In this document: in pieces, positions 1 through 9,178 of the stretch | Layout of the letters: every line of letters begins with the position of its first letter | How positions within the stretch are numbered: position 1 is the first letter of the stretch | Assembly: GCA_032718475.1 (NCBI GenBank) | Contig: JAUCBJ010008661.1 | Coordinates: 66,523 to 130,522, forward strand | Direction of reading: 5' to 3' | Source: Nemertoderma westbladi | Taxonomy: Eukaryota > Animalia > Xenacoelomorpha | DNA: 64,000 nucleotides | The notes under the pieces: generated by a model | Told to the model about the DNA's origin: nothing | The model's database searches: none | The model's input: the letters and a program-made list of their open reading frames with translations, nothing else | Translations under genes and position numbers: made by a program

Positions 1-2289
1 CGACCATCCTATTTAACCGGATTGGGACGCGGGCATCTAACATCGCCATTTAATCCTTACAATCGGCCAGGATTAACTCCGATACAACCTGCCACGGAAG
101 TCGAGGAGAGTGTCATCAGAAACGCTTTAGACGCCATCCGACAGAAAATCGGAAAGGGAACACAGGATTTTCTAGAGAAACGTAAATTACAGCAGCAGGT
201 CCAATCGGTGAAAGAGTTAGCCTTGCCGCAGTTTGATAGAGAAATCCAAAACCTCGAAGAGGACATCGAGCTTGGACGTACGTATTCTCTACAGGAGTTT
301 CTAGAAGAACGCTTACAGAAACAAGCGGAGGAAAATCAACTAGAGGAGAAACATACGGAAATGGATGAGAGAGAAGAAGCCGCTTTAGCCCAACCCGAAG
401 CTCAGATACTCATAACCGATCTCTACTCTAAAACCGTCCGTCATCCATCGATGGTTCCGCATTTCGGAGACAAACTTTTTGCAAAGATACAACCCCAACC
501 GGTTGATATCAGCATAAGATCGCAAAATCTTATCGCTGACGCTCCTATGTTACAGCGTCCGCCAATCGAGGCCGCTCGAGTTGACGGTATACTCGTTGAA
601 CCTCCGGACAATCGAGCGGATCTTATCCGTCGTATGGTACACGATGTCAACATACGCGCTAGACCTTTACAGAACTCTTTTTATGGAATTAAAGACCACC
701 CTTATTACGTTAATCTGACTCAATATTATATGGTAAAACCAGAAGATCCGACGCATAATTTAAAGTTTCTACCACTAATAAATCCTCTGGACATTGTCGA
801 ACTCGAACAATTGCAAAAACATCTGGATCAGTTAGTAAAGGTAAACTCATTTCGAAAACCATATAACGTTTCTCGAATAGAGAAGGATACAGAACCTCCT
901 TATAATCTCGATGGATTTATTAAAACTCGATTAGTCCATTGGAATCTAGACGTATTATTCGAGGAGGAGAAAATACAAAGATATGGAAATGTGGAGACGT
1001 ATACCACTCGATACATGAAGTATAGTGATCTCCCTGACGCTAATCAATGCGCCACCTTGTGGCATCCAGTAGGGATGACCCTCGAGAACGCCACCAAAGA
1101 GTGGAATGAAACTCTTAATATCATTGAGATGTATGGCGTTGTTACTTACGATAACGAAGGTAGCGTTCCAATCGGAGAATTAGGAACTACGCGCATGATA
1201 CACATACGCGGATTAGCTGGTTCCACTCACGTGTTTACGCGAGCGTGTTCAGACGTGATCGATTATTCCTTTGAAACTCTCACCGAAACGCAAAAGAATC
1301 TCCGACATGGACAATTCGAACTGGCGCAGCGTTACGTCATTGACACCGAACGCAAACCGGCCATGGGTATCGATGGATCGATGTTACCCCAGCCCGTTCT
1401 CGAGATGTTATTCAACGAAAGAATCATTAAAATCGGCTCAGCTGTTTACGGAGATCTCCAAAACGACTTTCGGAATATGGAAAATATCCCCTATCCTTTC
1501 GTGGATACTCAGCTGATAGCTCCTTGGGCCGAAGGTCGAGGTTTCTTTCGCACCATGTATGCTAATGCATCTAGCAACATTACAAAGGTGCAACGAACTT
1601 CCATCGGACATCTTGCTTTTCAGGAATACGGATGGAATTTCAAGGTCGGAAATCCCATCAACTATCAACAAGTATACGGAGACCATTATTCTCGATTATA
1701 CTTTGACGGACCGTTGACCGCACCTGGCGCTGTGTATAGCTTCATGAGTGTTCCACTCCGCCCCTCCTTAGCTATCTACACGATCTTCGAAAACACCGCA
1801 CTTTCCGGTTGGCTAGCCGATGTGTGCAGTCGTACTATACGCGCCCATCCATTAATCCTTGGGACCAAACTCGCTAAGCTAGATGAACATAATAAATTCA
1901 TCCGCTTTGAATGTTTCCGACGATTTTTAACCCCGTTTCGCAACGTGGATAGCCAATTCAAAGACCGCGCTTTGACCAAGCTCAGCTTAAGAGATTCGGC
2001 TGTGGAGAAGTTAGATAGCGCTGGATTTGCTATTTTCAAAGACATTTGTATAATAAACCTGCACTCCTCTGTTATCCAAAGACCTCGAATCCCCACAGGT
2101 TATTCTGTCGTGGAAATTCAGACGGTAGGTCCACTTGAGGAGACGGCCATGCCTACCTCAACTATACAAGGGGAAGACGAACCCATATGTTTAGAATCTG
2201 AAGAGATTCAGCCCCCCACGTCTCGGAGTAGCGATAGCGACTACATATTGGAATGGTATCAAGGTCCACATGTGTCTTACTGCGTATGA
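1..2289 (+). CDS. Retroelement accessory protein: charged/coiled-coil N-region plus DEDDy-like 3'-5' exonuclease domain (WRN-exo/EXD/Mut-7/RNase D fold); 5'-partial
   Basis: Frame is open from nt 1 (RPSYLTGLGRGH...). ExoI-like VVTYDNEG (D 1150, E 1156). ExoII-like LPQPVLEMLFNERIIKIGSAVYGDL (D 1453), resembling the WRN-exo LP..L..LL.D..I.KVG....D pattern. Followed by PFVDTQLIA, SIGHLAFQEYG and an ExoIII-like PLRPSLAIYTIFE (Y 1777, E 1789 in place of D). Confidence 0.72.
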   Translation, partial: RPSYLTGLGRGHLTSPFNPYNRPGLTPIQPATEVEESVIRNALDAIRQKIGKGTQDFLEKRKLQQQVQSVKELALPQFDREIQNLEEDIELGRTYSLQEFLEERLQKQAEENQLEEKHTEMDEREEAALAQPEAQILITDLYSKTVRHPSMVPHFGDKLFAKIQPQPVDISIRSQNLIADAPMLQRPPIEAARVDGILVEPPDNRADLIRRMVHDVNIRARPLQNSFYGIKDHPYYVNLTQYYMVKPEDPTHNLKFLPLINPLDIVELEQLQKHLDQLVKVNSFRKPYNVSRIEKDTEPPYNLDGFIKTRLVHWNLDVLFEEEKIQRYGNVETYTTRYMKYSDLPDANQCATLWHPVGMTLENATKEWNETLNIIEMYGVVTYDNEGSVPIGELGTTRMIHIRGLAGSTHVFTRACSDVIDYSFETLTETQKNLRHGQFELAQRYVIDTERKPAMGIDGSMLPQPVLEMLFNERIIKIGSAVYGDLQNDFRNMENIPYPFVDTQLIAPWAEGRGFFRTMYANASSNITKVQRTSIGHLAFQEYGWNFKVGNPINYQQVYGDHYSRLYFDGPLTAPGAVYSFMSVPLRPSLAIYTIFENTALSGWLADVCSRTIRAHPLILGTKLAKLDEHNKFIRFECFRRFLTPFRNVDSQFKDRALTKLSLRDSAVEKLDSAGFAIFKDICIINLHSSVIQRPRIPTGYSVVEIQTVGPLEETAMPTSTIQGEDEPICLESEEIQPPTSRSSDSDYILEWYQGPHVSYCV

Positions 2290-3253
2290 TTATCGCTATG
2301 CCAATTATGTTTCTCGACAACATTGTCGGCTGTGCGCATCGAGAGACCATATTACGTCTATGGACACCAACGATCTCTGTTCCTATTTCCACGAGCAACC
2401 GTCGATGGAAATCTATTGTGCATATTGTCGGCTTAATAATTTGCACATTTTTGCTGTCTGCCCCCAATTTATGACTCAATGCCATCATTGTCAATTAAAA
2501 GGACACGCCAGCTTTGATTGTCCCTTTAATCATGATTTAGAGAGCGTAGATGAAATGATTGTACTACGTTATATCAGAGCTTGGGAAGCGAACGCTGATT
2601 TACATTGTGATTCACGCCATCGCTATTACCCTGGACGCGCTTACGAAGGAGTTTATGCGTTCCATCCTTATTTGTTTGCCTCCGTCGAGCAGAAATCACG
2701 CCTATCAAGTTATGAACTACTGAAGCGCGTTGGAGAATGTATTTCAACCAAATATGTACGCAAATTTCTCAGGAGCATTAATCCGAGTGACATCTATTCT
2801 TACAACTTAATAAACTTTATCCGTCAAGATCCTGCCTATGGAGACTTATTTGTCAACTCACACCCCGAGTTACAGGAAGTATATCGACGGCCTTACGAGT
2901 ACCGAGCCCGCGAACGCGAGTTGGAAAGAACCATTAAACCAAGGAAGTTTCTAACTGCCTATGGTCCACCCACGGCCCTCGTTCAGACCTCTCGTAAAGG
3001 ACCCGTAAGAGCGGCTGTCTTGAAACGAGCTCTCAAAGCCGTTAGACCCCTCTCCCCGGACGTTGATGTCAATCAACCCGGTACTTCTACCGGCGGATAT
3101 ACCGATCGTAATCCCATACCTTCTGATGCAATCATATTGCACCCTTCACCCAGGAGTTATAGCCCTCCTCGTAAAGTGGCTCGCCCCAAAGAGAAAAGGA
3201 CTCTTGCTAGCTTTAAAAAACTGCGTAAACGCCGTCCGCACAAGAAAGACTAA
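2270..3253 (+). CDS. Accessory zinc-knuckle protein (three CCHC-like motifs, basic C-terminal tail); probably the frameshifted C-terminus of the upstream ORF
   Basis: Motifs CRLCASRDH, CAYCRLNNLHIFAVC and canonical CHHCQLKGHASFDC (C-x2-C-x4-H-x4-C). Ends KKLRKRRPHKKD. Overlaps the upstream ORF by 20 nt in the +1 frame. The C-terminus is conserved in copy B (5856-6185). Confidence 0.72.
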   Translation: MCLTAYDYRYANYVSRQHCRLCASRDHITSMDTNDLCSYFHEQPSMEIYCAYCRLNNLHIFAVCPQFMTQCHHCQLKGHASFDCPFNHDLESVDEMIVLRYIRAWEANADLHCDSRHRYYPGRAYEGVYAFHPYLFASVEQKSRLSSYELLKRVGECISTKYVRKFLRSINPSDIYSYNLINFIRQDPAYGDLFVNSHPELQEVYRRPYEYRARERELERTIKPRKFLTAYGPPTALVQTSRKGPVRAAVLKRALKAVRPLSPDVDVNQPGTSTGGYTDRNPIPSDAIILHPSPRSYSPPRKVARPKEKRTLASFKKLRKRRPHKKD

Positions 3254-3331
3254 CTGTTTAGAGTATTTTTATATTTTAGAAACTGTGATTTTGTATATTT
3301 TATAGACTTAAATCCCATTTTCTGGGAGCGG

Positions 3332-4538
3332 TGTAAAAGCTTTTGTGGGATAACTGATTCGTTTGCCTTGCTGGCCAGTTCCCCCCCGGTCGCTAGAATA
3401 CTCTAAAAGGGATCTATAGCTAAAATAGTGCAAGCTACCAGCTTATTGGCTGATATGCTGTACGAAGGTATCTGGGTTCTGTTCGATCGGCCAACCAGCT
3501 TAGGGAGGTTGCCTCAGCCCTGCTGTCCGTATCGGCCAATAGAATTTGAGTGGGCGTTGATTTTGACCTATCCCAGAGCTACTGAACTGAATTTCCTATC
3601 TGTATGCTCATCCTCTGTGTTGGACGGGAGCTTCGGGGAATAAGGGTAGTTGGTATCCTCGTATAGTCAGGTAGTCATATGATTCTTTATATGATTCTGT
3701 TGTTGTGTTCCCATTTTTCGCCAGACCACCGGCTTTGGGAAGAACTCTAGTAAAACTGCTTAAATTATCGAAAGTATAACTGTTATCTAACTGGTCTAAT
3801 TAACTCACTATTAATCATATAATTCTCCCGAACTTTACTTATTAATTATATTGTTTGTACTGCTATTTACCGTCAGTTATTAATTGTATCGATTTGTTGA
3901 GGAAATATTGCTCTTTGGAGAATACTGATAAATCACCCAAAATTCCCAATTTTCTTGATACACTACAGGTTAGAGAGACAGGCTATACATAACAATTGCG
4001 ATTTATATCAATGTGGTGTGTATTGAATCTAATGTTATTTAGCAGACCCTACATGAGTCAATTGCTGCTCTCTTTATGTGTGATCAAATTTACTGACGGT
4101 CGGCAGAATAGTGTGCATGATTGTGATTGGTAACAAAGCATTTCCTAAAGAATGCGCCTTATACTTTAATCATAAGCAGTATCGTTGCGTTTAGTATAAG
4201 TCCTAGCTCTGTTTAAATAGATAGAGCGCCACGTCCTAAAGGAACTGTTAATATTTCCCGAAAGCTAATAATATCTGTCAGAAATTACATATTAGTGATC
4301 AATCGAATAATACAGTAGGTTTACACTGCAATCTTACACTGCAATAATAATAATTTAAGCATCCGAATTCAGCCTCCCGGGTGTATCCATCGGGTGAATG
4401 ATCGCGCATGGGCTGGCTTCGGTTAATGTTTTGTTTATTAGCATAAAATATTGTCGTATGCTAAAGGTGTTTTAATGAACTAAAAGACATATAAATTTTG
4501 GCAGGTTAAACTGCTAAAGGTCTTCAAAAGCGCGAACA
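3332..4538 (+). repeat. 3' LTR of copy A (~1.2 kb, TGT...ACA)
   Basis: Starts TGTAAAAGCTTTTG after the PPT and ends ...AAAAGCGCGAACA. About 3710-4538 aligns with the reverse complement of ~14078-14930, and the homology stops at GCGAACA. Confidence 0.78.
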
Positions 4539-4679
4539 GCACTGATTTGCTTCGCTTGTAAAACGAAGTCACTATACCACGACAAAGTTTTCAATGCCAA
4601 CTACTACTTAACACGCAATGCTGTCAATAGTTATAGCGGCTGGTTTTTTCAAACTCCTCGCCTCCTGTAAAAATGTATA

Positions 4680-4720
4680 AATGGAACATGTTTTACATTA
4701 AATGTAAAACATGTTCCATT
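4680..4720. repeat. Perfect inverted repeat, 20-bp arms with 1-nt spacer
   Basis: AATGGAACATGTTTTACATT-A-AATGTAAAACATGTTCCATT. Confidence 0.92.
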
Positions 4721-4742
4721 CATTTAAATTAAATAAAGCAGA

Positions 4743-5027
4743 TGGGGGGGGGGGGGGGGGAACTGGACGCAATAAAAATTCATCCCTCACTGGGGGAAAT
4801 TCGACGCAAATAACAGCTGATTACTCTCAAATATAAAACTGTAACCTGTTCTATTGTGTTTAGTTTATTGTTTTGATTAAAATAACGTGCCACTGTAACC
4901 TGGTCCTTTCCCTAAATTGAGAAATTAACATTGAGGCGGGATATTAATTCGCCAAGGCGAGTTTTGCGTCCACCCCCCCCCCCCCCCCCCCCCCCCCTGT
5001 GCGTGACATAATTTATGAATGCCCCCT
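4743..5027. mobile_element. MITE-like remnant with poly-G/poly-C subterminal inverted repeats
   Basis: G-run+AACTGGACGCAATAAAA at the left is inverted relative to TTTTGCGTCCA+C-run at the right. The right end TGCGTGACATAATTTATGAATGCCCCCTA looks like a TIR whose left partner is missing. Confidence 0.5.
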
Positions 5028-5561
5028 AGGCACCTTTTATGGGGAGATACTCGTATCTATACCGCCTTAAAACGACTCGACCTGGTATCTTATAAACTGC
5101 TAGATCGGTATATCACAAATAATAAATAACAAGAATATAATAAAACGTATGACAATATTTGAGTATTTCACTTACATTAAAGTACGGCCAAAATTATAGA
5201 TTCATCTTGATGTTTCATTAAAAATTGGAAGAATATAACACCCGTACAGTCACCATATATTCCGAAGTCAATACAATTTTATATTTTCAAATTACATGGT
5301 TGAGACGTACTAATCTTTCTAAGTGCCTCCTTAAAACTTGGTATACCCTCTAAAACTAAGTAGTTGTACATATAAATACATTCAAAGCCCTTGCTAGAAA
5401 CTTTCTAAGCTTTCAAAGTATATGCATAAAACTTGCTATACTTAGTAGAACTACGTAGTTGCACTTAGAGATATGTTAAGTACTTACAACATACTTGGTC
5501 CACACCATTGCTAAAACTTAAAAGGCTAGCTTTGCAAATATCGCAAGTTATTTAAATAGGG

Positions 5562-5779
5562 AGATTTCGTCATCTAAGCCACACTGTATTAAGAGTATTT
5601 TGGCGTATTGCGGCATAAAATGGCTTGTTATGTCCGCTAAAGTAAACATACAGAAAAATGGCTTTTTATTTCCGCTAAAACACCTACACAGTAAGAAAAA
5701 CGGCTTTTTATGTCCGCTAAAACACCTACAGAGTACAGAGCGGGGAAAATGACTAGTTATATCCGCAAAAGCCTTTACA
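5562..5779 (-). repeat. Truncated 3' LTR of copy B (first 218 bp only)
   Basis: Nearly identical to 15058-15275 (about 5 mismatches by eye). Identity ends abruptly at 5562. Confidence 0.9.
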
Positions 5780-5855
5780 CCGCTCCCAGAAAATGTGATT
5801 TAATTCTATAATATAAAAAATCACAGTTTCTAAAATATAAAAATACTCTAAACAG

Positions 5856-6720
5856 TTAGTCTTTCTTATGCGAACGGCGTTTACGCAGTTTTTTGAGGCT
5901 AGCAAGAGTCCCTTTCTCTTTGGGGCGAGCCACTTTACTAGGAGGGCTATAACTCCTGGGTGAAGGGTGCAATACAATTGCGGTCGGTGTATCGGTCGGT
6001 CGAGGTACCCGGTTGATCGGTATCAACCTCAGTGGAACGAGGTCGAACAACCTTTAGAGCGCGTTTTAAGACAGCAGCTCTTACTGGTCCCTGACGGGTC
6101 GTTTGCACGAAAGCGGTAGGTGGACCGTGTGTAGTGAGAAATTTCCTCGGTTTGATGATTCTTTCCAACTCGCGTTCTCGGGCTCTATCGGAATCGATAT
6201 GCCTCTCCTCGAGCTGATTTTCCTCCGCTTATCGTTGGAAGCATTCGTCCAAAACTCTTGCAGAAAGTAGAGTCGTCCAAGTTCGATATCTTCTTAGAGA
6301 TTCTGGATTTCCTGATCGAACTTAGATAACGCTAATTCGTTTACCGCTTGGACTTGCTGCTGCAATTTACGTTTTCCTAAACAATTGTAGGTTCCTTTTC
6401 CGATCTTTTGACGAATAGTGTCCAACGCGTTTCGTACAACTCTCTCCTCCACCTCGGTGACAGGTTGTATCGGGTTAAACCGGGACGATGATACGGTTGA
6501 ATGGCGATATTAGATGTCCGCGTCCCAATCCGGCTAGGTAAGATGGGCGAATATTTAGGGAGCCCACAACCGGAGTGCCACCGACTAATTGTTCGGATAA
6601 CACTAGATCTTTGAACAGTGAGTACAGTTCGGGAGGATACGTGATACTATTAGGATCAAGAGTCTGAGGTCTCACTAGGGAGTGAGGAGGTCTGACCGAG
6701 TATTCCGGAACTCTGATCAT
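5856..6720 (-). pseudogene. Internally deleted, frameshifted copy of the exonuclease/zinc-knuckle accessory gene
   Basis: 6720-6475 gives MIRVPEY...RPSYLAGLGRGHL, matching the start of the copy A ORF. 6475-6195 matches copy A ~60-360. After a junction at ~6186-6194 it reads RARERELERIIKPRKFLT...KKLRKRRSHKKD, matching the copy A ORF2 end. Several stops and frameshifts. Confidence 0.88.
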
Positions 6721-6943
6721 AGGTTTATTTAAGGATCGTTTGAGTCAAGCGAGCGTAGGTGATACATCGAACAAGTTTCACTCGAAACTCCCGTAAATAT
6801 AGCGAGTAAAACTGTGCTTAGAGCAACGTCTCCGCGGATGTTTATGTCTTTCCGTTTGTTGGTTGGGTCTTGGGCATTCATCGCAATAATACCAAAGACG
6901 CAGGGGATACCGTAGCGGAAACGCGGGTGATCTTTCTTCAGTT

Positions 6944-7390
6944 TTACAATGTTTCTCTCAAGAATTCCAAATAAATGTTGGAGTCACCGCGTTTATCCGG
7001 TTCTTTAAAGTCTTCTCTTTCGAGTCGATTTCGAATAGAATTTTCGCATTCGATTCTCAGTTTATCGTTCCGACTCAGATGGGTATGATATTTAAATAGG
7101 ACTATTTCCCTTTTGGTGTCGACATCGTCCATATCGTGTAAATCGATAGGATGACCAGTAGTTAAGAAGTCCATATGCGTATCATTACGATGCGTATAGC
7201 GAGCAGTGAATTTTCGATAGTCCAATTCACGAGTGAGTTGCTCCTGGGACATTGGCGGTTCGATATAACGACCATCGTTCTCCGTAGTAGTTGGACTAGC
7301 GTCGCCGCGTATTAAGCTATCAATAAACGCTTGCAACGGTAGAGTATATCGCTCCCTGATACCAAGATCATCTTCTATCAACTCAATCAT
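6944..7390 (-). CDS. Accessory ORF of unknown function (148 aa); possibly the N-terminus of the same large accessory protein
   Basis: ATG-initiated, charged, protein-like composition, same strand as pol. A shifted frame just downstream continues KLKKDHPRFRYGIPCVFGYCDECPRP...HKHPRRRC (~6943-6780). Confidence 0.55.
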   Translation of the reverse strand: MIELIEDDLGIRERYTLPLQAFIDSLIRGDASPTTTENDGRYIEPPMSQEQLTRELDYRKFTARYTHRNDTHMDFLTTGHPIDLHDMDDVDTKREIVLFKYHTHLSRNDKLRIECENSIRNRLEREDFKEPDKRGDSNIYLEFLRETL

Positions 7391-8211
7391 AGCTGCTATA
7401 TGAGTTTATCAATATTATAATTAGTTATAATTAGGCTAGCGGGCGTCGCTGCCTACCCCTCACGGCCCCCGGACAGTGCAAGATCCTCAGCGCTGATGTA
7501 CTGTCGCCGCTGTGCCTATCGCCAACATAGTAGCTGCACAACGACAACAACAACTAGCGCGAGTCACTCCACTGTCCGTCCCAAGGGCTTAGATTTACTT
7601 CAGGTTCTTACTGCAGAGGTAGAACTACTTTCACAACTGCGACTCGCTACTGTAAACACACTTTAGTAGTAACATTCACCTATAAACGCACAAATTCCAC
7701 ACAACTGTCACAAACCGCACACATTCGGGCCATTTGTCCTTTAGTCAAGTGCCTTCCAGAATGCCACGTTATTATTATGTATCCTTGGATACTAGCAGTG
7801 TGCTATTTATTCCTTATGCTATTCAATGGGGCAAGCTTTATTGTTCTTTTAACTCACTTCTAATTCTAGCATGGTTGTTGCCATGGTGACATTATGTAAA
7901 GCTAGCAGTAGAATTAGGGTAATTCCCATGCATACAGATCTGGGATGCTATTTAATAGTAATTCTTTAATTGTCAATATTCCTCTTTATACATGATTTTA
8001 TGAATTTTATCGGCTATTGACTATATATTGGAGATTCTCGCACACTAATATACTTAATAGGGTGAATCTCCGCTCCCATGATCTATTAATTAATGGAATT
8101 TTGGGAATGTTATAAATTGTATAAAAATGACAATTTATCAAATTCATTAAAAGAGATGAATTTAAATTTATTCCCGTAAATTTTATTATTTAATGTTGGA
8201 ATAAGCACAAT

Positions 8212-8541
8212 TTTATTCCAGAGCATGTCTGGGGACTGGGATCCTTGATTCTAGGGAATTTGTCCTTTTAAGAGTATCGGTAAGTGCTACGATATCTTAA
8301 TCGACTAGAAATTTAAAGGATCTAAATTTTAACAGATTTTAATTTATATATTTTCTAGAGTTAACTTGTAAGTATTTACTCTATTGTATTTGTTTGACAG
8401 ATTTTATAAATATTAATAGTTAATATTTAAGATGGGCACCGATTTATTCCAGAACATGTCTGGGGACGTTAGCCACTGATTCTAGAATTTTGTCTTTCAA
8501 GTATATCGGTGGGTGCCGCGATATCTTAATCGACTAGAATT
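8212..8541. repeat. Two diverged ~100-bp direct repeats in the pol-accessory spacer
   Basis: TTTATTCCAGA(G/A)CATGTCTGGGGAC...GATTCTAG...TATCGGT..GTGC..CGATATCTTAATCGACTAGAA at ~8212-8311 and ~8443-8541. Confidence 0.82.
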
Positions 8542-9178
8542 GCAGATGGTCAAAGGGTACAACAGATTTATTTTGCGTTTTACGCTACTGTTAAAGGGAC
8601 ATCACGCTACTATATGTATTATTTAATATCCGGTAGGAGAGCAATATTGTAAGAAGCAATGTCAGTGAGAAGAGGCAAGTCGTTTCCAAGGTCTACCCAG
8701 AGCTTGGTTTAGCCGAGACACGAGGATCTGAACTTTGCATTCCTAATACTCTACTTACCAATAATACTTGAGTATAGTAGGAGCTTTATTGTACTTTAAT
8801 AAGTACGGATATTTCATCTTACTGTAGTCACGTATTTATAATATGATACGGACAGTAAGGAAAGAGAAAAAGAATTATTTCTCGCCGTCGCACTAAATAT
8901 ATATAATATAAGTAATTAAGTAATAAGACTAATATATATTGCACTAATCTACTAGATAATCACTAAAACAGCATTCTACTAAATAAAATTAAAGAAAACG
9001 ATTATAATAAGAGTACATAATAATACATACATAAATATAAAATAATAAAAATATATGAAATAATATATTCACACACCCACTCCAGACGCTGTTACGTTGG
9101 GGAGTCCCTGGATGTTTGTTGGATTAGGGAGGTGGTCGTGGGAAGAGTATCTTGCCTTCCATAGTTTCCGGACAGTTC

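Larger units (their letters stand above)
1..4538 (+). mobile_element. 3' portion of a BEL/Pao-family LTR retrotransposon (copy A): accessory ORFs, PPT and 3' LTR; continues left of the window
   Basis: Segments 1-~360 and ~2903-3356 are homologous to the reverse complement of 6195-6550 and 5755-6185, which lie inside the pol-bearing copy B. The short purine-rich GGGAGCGG (3324-3331) directly precedes TGTAAAAGC, the LTR start. Confidence 0.85.

Noticed and set aside
1-3253. Accessory ORFs as env, as gag, or as a host gene
   Set aside because: No hydrophobic TM or signal segment is seen. The true gag knuckles lie upstream of the protease in copy B. The region is intronless and sits directly before the PPT and LTR in both copies.
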